Positions 18,017 to 27,017 of a stretch of DNA of 64,000 nt are shown piece after piece. How positions within the stretch are numbered: position 1 is the stretch's first letter; every line of letters starts with the position of its first letter. Origin of the DNA: an uncultured Gemmatimonadales bacterium. GTDB taxonomy: Bacteria; Gemmatimonadota; Gemmatimonadetes; Gemmatimonadales; GWC2-71-9. A program made the position numbers and the translations under genes. The DNA lies in contig CAVOGR010000001.1 in assembly GCA_963695555.1 (NCBI GenBank), forward strand, positions 1,056,001-1,120,000, given 5' to 3'. Below the pieces are notes generated by a model. The model was not told the DNA's origin. It made no database searches and was given only the letters and a program-made list of their open reading frames with translations.

Positions 18017-19263
18017 GCGGCGCGCCGCAGCGGCTCGTCGCCGGTCTCGACTTGGGCTCCACCAAGGTCGTTGGGGTCATCGCGGACGCCTCCGGGAGTG
18101 CCAGAGAGCCGCTCGTCAAGATTCTGGGCGTGGGGTCGGCGCGCAGCAGCGGGGTCCGCCGCGGCGTGGTGCGAGACATTGAAGAGACCACCCGAGCCAT
18201 CGTCAAGGCGATGCAAGATGCGGAGCGCATGGCGGGGGTCGAAGTGGGAACCGTGTATGCCGGCATCGCCGGTGAGCACGTGGCGGGGAAGAGCTCTCAC
18301 GGTGTCGTGTCCGTGACCGGTGACGAGATCCGTACGGCCGACGTTGCCCGGGTCAATGATGTGGCGAGCAACATTTCCTATGGCCGCGATCACGAGTTGT
18401 TGCATGCGATCCCGCAAGACTACCTGATCGATCAGCAGGCGGGAATCAACGAGCCGATCGGAATGACCGGCTCCCGGCTCGAGGCAGAGGTGTATCTGGT
18501 GACGGTCTTGTCCAGCATCCTGCACAACTTGGGCAAGTGCGTCGAACGTGCCGGCTACCGTGTGGGCGAGTTCGTGCTCGAGCCCCTGGCGGCGTCGCTG
18601 GCGGTCCTGACCACTGATGAGCGCGAGCTGGGGTGCGCGTTGGTGGATCTCGGCGGCGGCTCGACCAACGTGGCCATCTTTCAGGGCGGCAAGATCCGCC
18701 ATACGGGGTCGCTCCTGTGCTCCGGCGGCTATGTGACGGCCGACATCGTGCAGGGGCTGCAGGTGACCCAGCAGGACGCCGAGCGACTGAAGGAACACCA
18801 CGGCTCGGCCTACGAGCCGGGGATGTCCGAGGGCGAGTCCATCGAGCTTCCCGGCACCCCCGGGCAAGGATCCCGTGCGGCTGACCGTCGGGTGCTCGCC
18901 CACATCATGCAGGCCCGCCTGCAGGAGGTGATGGAGTTCGCGCAAAACGAGATTGCCCAGGCGGGGTTCCACCAACGGTTGCCTGCCGGGGTGATTCTGA
19001 CGGGCGGTGGCGCGCTCACGCCGGGCATCGTGGAGCTGGGCCGAGAGATCTTCGCGATGCCCGTGCGGGTCGGTGCGCCCGGGCAGGGACTCACCGGCCT
19101 GGCGGATAGCGTGGAGTCGCCACGGATGGCGCTGGCCGCGGGCTTGGTATACTACGGGGCGAGGCAGGTGTGGCAGACCGGCTTTGGGACCGGGGGGCGG
19201 CGGTCGCCGGCCGTCGACAAGTGGTTTGGACCGGTGAAGCGTTGGCTCCAGGACTTCTTTTGA
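18013..19263 (+). CDS. ftsA: Cell division protein FtsA
   Basis: GTG 18013. Motifs GLDLGSTKV, EPIGMTGSRLE, VDLGGGST, AERLK, ILTGGGA, and a C-terminal amphipathic helix KRWLQDFF. Confidence 0.97.
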   Translation: MSGAPQRLVAGLDLGSTKVVGVIADASGSAREPLVKILGVGSARSSGVRRGVVRDIEETTRAIVKAMQDAERMAGVEVGTVYAGIAGEHVAGKSSHGVVSVTGDEIRTADVARVNDVASNISYGRDHELLHAIPQDYLIDQQAGINEPIGMTGSRLEAEVYLVTVLSSILHNLGKCVERAGYRVGEFVLEPLAASLAVLTTDERELGCALVDLGGGSTNVAIFQGGKIRHTGSLLCSGGYVTADIVQGLQVTQQDAERLKEHHGSAYEPGMSEGESIELPGTPGQGSRAADRRVLAHIMQARLQEVMEFAQNEIAQAGFHQRLPAGVILTGGGALTPGIVELGREIFAMPVRVGAPGQGLTGLADSVESPRMALAAGLVYYGARQVWQTGFGTGGRRSPAVDKWFGPVKRWLQDFF

Positions 19264-19284
19264 TGCGGGCGTGAGAGGCTAACC

Positions 19285-20439
19285 ATGATTTTCGAGCTGG
19301 AAGAGAGCGTCGCACAGCGGGCGCGGATGAAAGTCGTCGGAGTCGGCGGCGGTGGTGGTAATGCGGTAAACCGGATGATCGAGGAACAACTGGCCGGCGT
19401 CCAGTTCATCTCGATCAACACGGATGCGCAGGCCCTTCAGGCCTCGAAGTCCGATCTCAAGGTGCAGATCGGCAAGAAGCTGACGCGGGGCCTCGGCGCA
19501 GGCGCTCGACCGGAGATCGGACGCCAGGCAATCGAGGAGAACAAGGACGAGGTTCTCCAGACCGTCCAGGAATCCGACCTGGTGTTCGTGACCTGCGGCA
19601 TGGGCGGCGGCACCGGCACCGGGGCGGCCCCGATCGTGTCCCAGTTGGCCCGTGACGTGGGCGCGCTCACCGTAGGGATCGTGACCAAGCCGTTCCTGTT
19701 CGAGGGCCGGAAGCGGATGCGCCAGGCCGAAACCGGCATCGCCGAAATGCGGAAGCACGTCGACACCATGATTGTGGTGCCCAACGAACGGCTCCTCGCC
19801 GTGGTCGGGAAGGGGATTCCGTTCCAGGACGCGTTGAAGAAGGCCGACGAAGTCCTGCTCCACGCGACGCAAGGGATCGCCAGCCTGATCACGTCCACCG
19901 GCATCATCAACGTCGACTTTGCGGATGTACGGACGATCATGCAAAACGGCGGTGCGGCGCTCATGGGAACGGGGATCGGCCGCGGTGAGAACCGCGCGAT
20001 GGAAGCTGCGCAACAGTCCATCTCGAGCCCGCTCCTCGACAACGTGTCCATCGCCGGTGCGACGGGCGTGCTCATCAACATTATGGGAGGCGAGGACCTG
20101 ACCCTGGGCGAGGCGACGCAAATCAGCGAGATCATTCACGATGCGGCCGGCGACGAGGCTGAGATCATCTTCGGGGCGACCACCGATCCCGCAATGCAGG
20201 GCGAAATCCGAGTTACCGTCATCGCCACCGGCTTCGACAAGGCCGTGACCGGCGAGCCGGTCAGCCGCCAAGTGGGCGGTGCCGTGCTCAGCTTCCCGAC
20301 TCCACGGCGGCACGCGACCCCGGTGGTCCCGCTGCCGACTCCCGGCAAGGTCGCGCCCAAACGACCCGCCGCCGACCCGGCCGGAGGTGAAATCTCGGAG
20401 ATGGAGATTCCAACCTTCATCCGCCGTCAAATGGACTGA
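19285..20439 (+). CDS. ftsZ: Cell division GTPase FtsZ
   Basis: VGGGGGNAV, GMGGGTGTG tubulin signature, INVDFADV, C-terminal EIPTFIRRQMD. Confidence 0.99.
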   Translation: MIFELEESVAQRARMKVVGVGGGGGNAVNRMIEEQLAGVQFISINTDAQALQASKSDLKVQIGKKLTRGLGAGARPEIGRQAIEENKDEVLQTVQESDLVFVTCGMGGGTGTGAAPIVSQLARDVGALTVGIVTKPFLFEGRKRMRQAETGIAEMRKHVDTMIVVPNERLLAVVGKGIPFQDALKKADEVLLHATQGIASLITSTGIINVDFADVRTIMQNGGAALMGTGIGRGENRAMEAAQQSISSPLLDNVSIAGATGVLINIMGGEDLTLGEATQISEIIHDAAGDEAEIIFGATTDPAMQGEIRVTVIATGFDKAVTGEPVSRQVGGAVLSFPTPRRHATPVVPLPTPGKVAPKRPAADPAGGEISEMEIPTFIRRQMD

Positions 20440-21692
20440 TGTACGCTCGGGCCGCGTTCCTCGGGTTGGTGGTGCTCGGCGCCTCGGTTCTCGCGGTGGC
20501 GTCGGGCTCCTGGCTCTCGAGCAAACCGGTCGTGGCCCCCCCCATCCTGGTCCGCGAGGCCTTTCGCGAAACGGTCGATACCCTGCAATCCGGCGAGACA
20601 CTCTCCGAACTGTTTGCCCGGCACGGAGTAGTGAATTTCGATTTCGGCGCGTTCAACCCGGATAGCACCCTCGATCCGCGGCGCGCCCGCGCGGGACTGG
20701 TGTTCTCGTTTCGGCGGCTGGTTACCGACTCGGTCCCTTCCCGCATATCAGTCCGCCGCGGCCCGGAGGAGCGGCTCCACTATGAGCGCATGGGAGCGGA
20801 ATGGCTGTCCCGCAGTGAACCGATCACATGGTCCTCGGAAACCGTCCGAGTCGAAGGGCCCATCGGCGACGCCCTGTACCTGGCCTTGGACGCGAACGTG
20901 CCGGAGGACGTGCTCGGATCGGGCGAGCGGATCCGCATGGCCGGTAACCTCGCGGAAATTTACGACTGGACCGTTGACTTCACGCGTGACATCAGGCCCG
21001 GAGATTACTTCCGTGTGCTGATGGAGCGGCGCGTGTCGGAAGAAGGAGAAGTGCGATTGGGGCGGATCCTCGCGGCCGACCTCACGGTCACTGGTACGCG
21101 TCTGCCGGCGTACCGGTTCGAAGCCGAGGATGGTACCACCGGCTATTTCGATGCTCAGGGGCGCTCGCTACGCCGCGCATTTCTGCGGGCTCCGCTCGAG
21201 TTCCGCCGGGTTTCATCGCGGTTCAGCTCGGCCAGGCGGCACCCCGTGCTCGGCCGGATCCGGAAGCACGCCGGGACCGACTACGCGGCTGACCGTGGCA
21301 CGCCGGTACGCGCAACTGCGGATGGGGTTGTCCTGCGCGCCGGCCGAGTGAGCACCTATGGCAACCTAGTGGAGCTTCGACACGCCAAGGGGATCACGAC
21401 CCGGTACGGGCACCTGCAGCGCGTTGCGGTGCGGTCCGGCGCCCGGGTCACCCAGGGTCAGGTTATCGGGTACGTCGGCGCGACGGGATTGGCCAACGGC
21501 CCGCACCTGCATTATGAGTTTCGAGTGAATGGTGTGGCCAAGGACCACCGGCGAGTTGACCTCGGCACCGGGGACCCGGTGCCCGAGAAAGATCGGGCCG
21601 CGTTCGAGCGCGAGCGGGACCGGTTGGATGCACTCATCAATCCTGCCGCGCCGGCTCCGGCCGTTTCTGATCCGCCTCTCCCTGCTGAGTGA
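20439..21692 (+). CDS. M23 family peptidoglycan endopeptidase (MepM-like)
   Basis: N-terminal anchor, LysM/OapA-like GETLSELF segment, Csd3-like middle region, zinc motifs HAGTD (HxxxD) and HLH. Confidence 0.92.
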   Translation: MYARAAFLGLVVLGASVLAVASGSWLSSKPVVAPPILVREAFRETVDTLQSGETLSELFARHGVVNFDFGAFNPDSTLDPRRARAGLVFSFRRLVTDSVPSRISVRRGPEERLHYERMGAEWLSRSEPITWSSETVRVEGPIGDALYLALDANVPEDVLGSGERIRMAGNLAEIYDWTVDFTRDIRPGDYFRVLMERRVSEEGEVRLGRILAADLTVTGTRLPAYRFEAEDGTTGYFDAQGRSLRRAFLRAPLEFRRVSSRFSSARRHPVLGRIRKHAGTDYAADRGTPVRATADGVVLRAGRVSTYGNLVELRHAKGITTRYGHLQRVAVRSGARVTQGQVIGYVGATGLANGPHLHYEFRVNGVAKDHRRVDLGTGDPVPEKDRAAFERERDRLDALINPAAPAPAVSDPPLPAE

Positions 21693-21746
21693 GGCAGGCG
21701 CCGTTAGCCGCAAGCATCCCCTTCCTCATCGTGCCATCTTAAGTCC

Positions 21747-23543
21747 ATGACGCTGGTCTTGATTCTCCTCGGTGCGGTGGGGATGGCCGTCGCCACCTAC
21801 TGGTGGCTGGAACGCATCGGTCGTCGAGCCTGGCTTGCCGCGGCATTCCGGGCACTCGCCTGGAGTGCTCTCGGCGTGCTTGTCCTCAACCTGAGCTGCG
21901 CCACACGCCGACCGGCCGGCCCGCCGATCGCACTGCTCGATGCCTCGCTGAGCTACTCCGGCTCGGCGCGGTGGACGGCGTTGCGGGACAGTCTGTCTGG
22001 TGTCGCGGACGTGTGGTACTTCGGCGACCAGCGCCCGGCGCGAGACTCGAGCGCGCGCGGTACGTCGCGGCTCGGCCCCGCCCTCAGCACCGCCGCTGCC
22101 ACCAACCGGTCCATCGTGGTCTATACCGACGGCGAGCTGGACGATGTGCAGGATATCCCTGCCGACATCCTCGCCCGCGCCCGCGTGAACGTGCTGGCCC
22201 GGGAGCCTGAAGGCGATGTAGCCCTGGTTCGAATTCGGGGGCCGGAGCGGGTCACGCAAGGCGACACGCTCACGCTCGAAGCGGAGGTTCTCGCTTCGCC
22301 AACCAGCCAGGTCCAACGGATCGGCGTGGTGTTGGGCGCCGGATCCATCCGTCTCGCGAGAGCCTCCGTTGACATCGAGCCCGGCGGACGCACGCGAGTC
22401 CAGCTCCGGGCGCCGACCACCCGGCTCCCTGTCGGCGAGCAGCTGGTCACGATCGCACTCGATGGCGTTGTGGACAGCGAGTCGCGCACCGACATGAGGC
22501 TCCACCACGTCGAGATCGTCCCGACCCCGGGCGTGGTCATCTTGGCCAGTCCGCCGGATTGGGACGCGAAGTTCCTTTACCGTGCACTCAAGGAAGTCTC
22601 TGACCTCCCGGTTCGCGGGTACAGCCGCGTGACCGATGGCGCGTGGCATGGCATGCACGACCTCGGGTTGGTATCCGAGTCGGTCGTGCGCCGCGCCGCC
22701 CTGGGGGCCGACCTGCTGATCCTCAAGGGACGCGACGAGGGTCTGGGTCCTGGCCCGGGCACCAGGGCCGTGTGGCGATGGCCAAGCGGCGAGAATGGCG
22801 TGACGACGCTGGAGGGGGATTGGTACGTGACGCCTGAACCCGGCTCTCCCGTGTCCGAAGCCTTCCTTGGACTCCCCGTCGATTCCTTTCCCCCGGCAAC
22901 ACAGGTGACGCCGATCGATACGGTAACCGGCGGATGGACCGCTCTGACTGCCCAAGCGGGGCGGCGCGGAGCGTCCCGGAGCATCGTCACGGGCTTCGAC
23001 GACGGCCGGCGGAGACGGCTCGTGGTTGGGGCAGACGGCTTCTGGCGCTGGACCTTTCGAGGAGGGAGCAGCGAGCAAGGGTACCGATCCTTCGTGGCGT
23101 CGGCCGCCACCTGGCTCCTCGGCGGGGCAGATTCGGCGCGCGGCCCTGCCGTGGTGGTGCACGCGGTGGTAGAGCGCGGCCGTCCCGTGGTGTTCCGTGC
23201 TGCGGTGAGGGACTCATCATCCGCCCTGCCCGTTCACTTGAGCGGGCCCGCTGGTGCCAGGACCGACACGCTCAGGTGGGACGGCATCGGCGAGGCGAAG
23301 GTATGGCTGGCTCCGGGGGAATATCGTTACCACTTTGCGTCGGGCGGTCCCGAGCATGTGATCGGGGTGGAGGAGTATTCCACTGAATGGCTGGTGCGCC
23401 CTCCCACGCTTGCCAGCGCCGCAGCCGGCGTGACGCGGCAGACCGGCCGGGCCTCCGCCCGCGAAGCGCTCTGGCTGTTCGGCCTGGGCATCTTGGGATT
23501 GGTCGGCGAGTGGACCGTTCGGCGCCGGTTGGGGCTCCGATGA
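21747..23543 (+). CDS. Membrane protein with VWA-like and Ig-like domains
   Basis: Two N-terminal TMs, LLDASLS and YTDGE (MIDAS-like), G-WRW motif, C-terminal TM ending EWTVRRRLGLR. Confidence 0.75.
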   Translation: MTLVLILLGAVGMAVATYWWLERIGRRAWLAAAFRALAWSALGVLVLNLSCATRRPAGPPIALLDASLSYSGSARWTALRDSLSGVADVWYFGDQRPARDSSARGTSRLGPALSTAAATNRSIVVYTDGELDDVQDIPADILARARVNVLAREPEGDVALVRIRGPERVTQGDTLTLEAEVLASPTSQVQRIGVVLGAGSIRLARASVDIEPGGRTRVQLRAPTTRLPVGEQLVTIALDGVVDSESRTDMRLHHVEIVPTPGVVILASPPDWDAKFLYRALKEVSDLPVRGYSRVTDGAWHGMHDLGLVSESVVRRAALGADLLILKGRDEGLGPGPGTRAVWRWPSGENGVTTLEGDWYVTPEPGSPVSEAFLGLPVDSFPPATQVTPIDTVTGGWTALTAQAGRRGASRSIVTGFDDGRRRRLVVGADGFWRWTFRGGSSEQGYRSFVASAATWLLGGADSARGPAVVVHAVVERGRPVVFRAAVRDSSSALPVHLSGPAGARTDTLRWDGIGEAKVWLAPGEYRYHFASGGPEHVIGVEEYSTEWLVRPPTLASAAAGVTRQTGRASAREALWLFGLGILGLVGEWTVRRRLGLR

Positions 23544-24469
23544 GCGACAAACGACTCGGGGCGTCACAGAACCGTGGCGTGTGGCAGCGGATCAAACGGC
23601 TGGCCCTCACCGATGTGGGTGCCCTGGTCCGGCGCTTGAATGCCGACGATCTCGAGGCTATCGAACGCATTCTGATCGAGGCGGACTTCGGAGTGCAGGC
23701 TACCGTCGAGCTCACCGAGGCATTGGAAGATGAGGTGCGGCGAGGGAAGGCCAAGACGGAGGCCGACCTCAAGGCCTCGCTCCGGCAGCGGTTGGTGGAC
23801 GTGTTAACCGGCCCACCCAATCCCGGGCAGATTGCGGTAGCGGAAGGCGGCGGGGCCACCGTCGTCCTCTTGGTCGGTGTCAACGGCGTCGGGAAGACGA
23901 CCACGCTGGCCAAACTCGCGGCCCGGCTTACCGGTGAAGGCCGGCGGGTGCTCGTCGCCGCGGCCGACACGTACCGTGCTGGTGCCATCGAGCAATTGGA
24001 AGCATGGGCGGAGCGGCTCGGCGTAGACTGCGTGTCCGGCCGTCCAGGTGGCGACCCGGCCGCCGTCGCATTCGACGCTGTGGATGCGGCGGCGGCCCGC
24101 GGCGCGGACACGGTGCTGATCGACACCGCGGGGCGGCTCCATACCCAAGACGATCTCATGGAGGAACTCCGTAAGGTGAGCCGCGTCGTGGCCCGCCGGG
24201 CGCCGGGAGCGCCACACGAGACACTCTTGGTGTTGGACGGAACGGTTGGCCAGAATGCTGTCCAGCAAGGAAAGATGTTCCGCGATGCGGTTGCCCCAAC
24301 CGGTCTCATCGTGACCAAACTCGATGGCAGTGCGCGAGGTGGCGCCGTCGTGGCCCTCCGTCGCGAGTTGGACCTCCCGATTCGTTTTATCGGCGTGGGC
24401 GAAGGACTGGACGACCTGGAGCCGTTCGATCCCGGCCGCTACGCCGATCTCCTGCTCGCGGAGGCCTGA
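23540..24469 (+). CDS. ftsY: SRP receptor GTPase FtsY (short NG-only form)
   Basis: ATG 23540. Motifs GVNGVGKTTT, DTYRAGA, DTAGRL, TKLDGSARGG, GVGEGLDDL. Confidence 0.96.
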   Translation: MSDKRLGASQNRGVWQRIKRLALTDVGALVRRLNADDLEAIERILIEADFGVQATVELTEALEDEVRRGKAKTEADLKASLRQRLVDVLTGPPNPGQIAVAEGGGATVVLLVGVNGVGKTTTLAKLAARLTGEGRRVLVAAADTYRAGAIEQLEAWAERLGVDCVSGRPGGDPAAVAFDAVDAAAARGADTVLIDTAGRLHTQDDLMEELRKVSRVVARRAPGAPHETLLVLDGTVGQNAVQQGKMFRDAVAPTGLIVTKLDGSARGGAVVALRRELDLPIRFIGVGEGLDDLEPFDPGRYADLLLAEA

Positions 24470-24475
24470 CCGGCC

Positions 24476-26545
24476 GTGACGGTCCGGCTCGATACCAGCG
24501 TCCAATTCCTCAAGGGCATCGGTGCCCGCCGGGCCGAGTCCTTGAGCCGACTCGGCATCCGAACCGCGCGGGATCTGCTGTGGCATCTGCCCCATCGATA
24601 CGTCGACGCGTCGACGGTCACTCCCCTGGCCAAGGCACGGGTGGGTGACGATGTGGCCTGTGTTGGTCGCGTGGTCGACACGGGTGTGCAGCCTACCCGG
24701 CGCGGCCTTCGGATCTTTCGGGCGGTACTCCGCGACGACTCCGGTGTGCTGGAATGTGCCTGGCCGGGCCAAGCGTTTCTCGACCGGAGCATCCGAGTTG
24801 GGCAACTCCTCCTCGTGGCGGGTCCGGTGCGGTTCTATCATGGGCGGCAGATGGCTCCCCGCGAGTTCGTGGTCTTGGGCGACGCCGACGGTGAGGACAC
24901 TGAAGGCACAGACGCGGGAAAGATCCTCCCGGTGTACCCGGCAACCGAGGGGTTGAGCCACAAGATCATTCGCAGCTTGATCGATCGGCATCTGGAAGCG
25001 TTGCTCGCCCTGAGTCATGATCACATGCCCGATCCGCTGCGCCACCGGCTTGGGTTGCCGACCCTGCCGGACGCATTGCGGGCGGTCCATCGGCCTCGAT
25101 CGCTCGACGAGGCCGAGCAAGGACGCCGTCGGCTTGCGTTCGATGAATTGTTTGATTTGCAGCTTACCTTGGTCCGGGCACGCGCTGTGGCCAAACGGGC
25201 ACGCGGTGGAATCGCGTTTGAGATCCGCCGTGAGCTTACCTCACGGTTGAAGAACCACCTGCCGTTCAGCCTGACTGCCGACCAGCGACAGGCGATTCGC
25301 GAAATTACCGCGGACATGACGGCGCCCGACCGGATGCACCGGTTGTTGATGGGCGACGTCGGGACCGGGAAGACCATCGTTGCGCTCTTCGCCATGCTCC
25401 TGGCCGTCGAGAACGACTACCAAGCGGCGATGATGGCGCCGACCGAACTCCTGGCCGAGCAACATGCTGCCACGCTCGAGCGACTCTTGGAGCCGCTCGC
25501 CATCGCGCCCGAGCTGATCCTTGGCCGTCAGACATCGAGTGAGAAGGCAGCCTCGCGGGAGCGCCTCGCCGACGGACGCTCGCGGATCGTCGTAGGGACA
25601 CATGCGCTGCTCCAGGATACGGTGTCATTCCACCGGTTGGGCCTCGTGGTCATCGACGAGCAACACCGTTTCGGGGTCGAGCAGCGCGCCACGCTGATCG
25701 GCAAGGGCGATACCCCGGATGTCTTGCTGCTCTCCGCCACCCCCATTCCCCGCTCGCTGGCCCTCACGCTCTATGGGGATCTCGATATCTCGACGCTTCG
25801 GGAGCGCCCACCCGGACGCGGGGACGTCCGCACCGCGATTCGAACGCCGGCTGAACGGAACCGCGTGCTCGACTTCGTCCGGGAGCGTTGCGTGGCTGGC
25901 GGTCAGGCATACGTGGTCCTCCCGGTCATCGAGGAATCGGAACGCGCCGACCTTCGCGCCGCGACGACCATGGCCCAGCGCCTGGCCGCGCGCTGGCCCG
26001 ATTTGCGGGTCGGCCTGGTCCACGGCCGGTTGAAGCCTGATGAACGAGACCAGGTCATGCGCGATTTCCGGGCAGGGAACGTCGATTTGTTGGTTGCCAC
26101 CAGCGTTATCGAGGTCGGGATCGACGTGCCCAATGCCACCGTCATGTTGGTGGAGCATCCCGAACGGTTCGGGCTCGCCCAGCTCCACCAGCTTCGGGGG
26201 CGGGTGGGGCGCGGTGCGGCCGAGAGTCACTGCATTCTTCAGATCGAGGACCGCATTCTCCCACGGCTCGAGGCGTTCGCCGCCACCAACGACGGTTTTA
26301 CGGTGGCCGAATTGGACCTGGCGGAGCGAGGGATGGGAGACCTCATCGGGGCGCGGCAAAGCGGTGGATTCGAGCTACGCCATGCCCGCCTGCCGCAAGA
26401 TGCCGAGCTGCTTGGCCAGGCACGGGCCCTCGCATCCGAGATCATCGCGGCCGACCCCGAACTCCAAAAGCCCGCCGGGCGCGCCATGCGTGAGCGGGCC
26501 GTAGCCCGCTACCCCAAAGCGATGGAACTGTTTCGGGTTGGTTGA
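24476..26545 (+). CDS. recG: ATP-dependent DNA helicase RecG
   Basis: LKGIG, RRLAFDELF, GDVGTGKT, DEQHRFGV, SATPIPR, ERFGLAQLHQLRGRVGR, QSG. Confidence 0.97.
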   Translation: MTVRLDTSVQFLKGIGARRAESLSRLGIRTARDLLWHLPHRYVDASTVTPLAKARVGDDVACVGRVVDTGVQPTRRGLRIFRAVLRDDSGVLECAWPGQAFLDRSIRVGQLLLVAGPVRFYHGRQMAPREFVVLGDADGEDTEGTDAGKILPVYPATEGLSHKIIRSLIDRHLEALLALSHDHMPDPLRHRLGLPTLPDALRAVHRPRSLDEAEQGRRRLAFDELFDLQLTLVRARAVAKRARGGIAFEIRRELTSRLKNHLPFSLTADQRQAIREITADMTAPDRMHRLLMGDVGTGKTIVALFAMLLAVENDYQAAMMAPTELLAEQHAATLERLLEPLAIAPELILGRQTSSEKAASRERLADGRSRIVVGTHALLQDTVSFHRLGLVVIDEQHRFGVEQRATLIGKGDTPDVLLLSATPIPRSLALTLYGDLDISTLRERPPGRGDVRTAIRTPAERNRVLDFVRERCVAGGQAYVVLPVIEESERADLRAATTMAQRLAARWPDLRVGLVHGRLKPDERDQVMRDFRAGNVDLLVATSVIEVGIDVPNATVMLVEHPERFGLAQLHQLRGRVGRGAAESHCILQIEDRILPRLEAFAATNDGFTVAELDLAERGMGDLIGARQSGGFELRHARLPQDAELLGQARALASEIIAADPELQKPAGRAMRERAVARYPKAMELFRVG

Positions 26546-26555
26546 CTGAGCTGAT

Positions 26556-27017
26556 TCAGAACCGGATCTGGAACCCCAGCCCGACCCCGTTCGAGAATTG
26601 CTGGACGACGGGCGCGAACGGCTCATTTTCCGGCGGCGAGTCGACGGACCGCGTCAGCTCCCAGACGAACAATGCGGTGGCACCGAGTAACGCGGCTTCG
26701 CCCGCGATGAGCCAGCGCGTGGCCTTCTCGTCGAGGGCCAGGGTTTCCTGATACAGCTGTTCGGTGACGGGGTCCATATAGCGTCCTGACTGTTCGAGCT
26801 CACATCGGAGTGCATTCGGCGCCGCACAGCGGGCATCGATGCGATCGAAGGAACGGTTGGCGTCGTTGTGGGCATCGGCAGCCGCGATGTTGAACCCGAT
26901 CGAGGCGGCCAGTGCCACCCACTTGCCATACTTGACGAGCGGGCGCGACATCTGTGCGGCGGCCGACGTCGGGGCGACGACGAGCATGGCAAGGAGGAAG
27001 GGCAGGGCGCGGTTCAT
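26556..27017 (-). CDS. Hypothetical exported/membrane protein with terminal beta-strand
   Basis: Signal peptide, two hydrophobic helices, a Cys pair, and C-terminus GVGLGFQIRF. Its ATG overlaps the TAA of the upstream propeller gene. Confidence 0.7.
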   Translation of the reverse strand: MNRALPFLLAMLVVAPTSAAAQMSRPLVKYGKWVALAASIGFNIAAADAHNDANRSFDRIDARCAAPNALRCELEQSGRYMDPVTEQLYQETLALDEKATRWLIAGEAALLGATALFVWELTRSVDSPPENEPFAPVVQQFSNGVGLGFQIRF

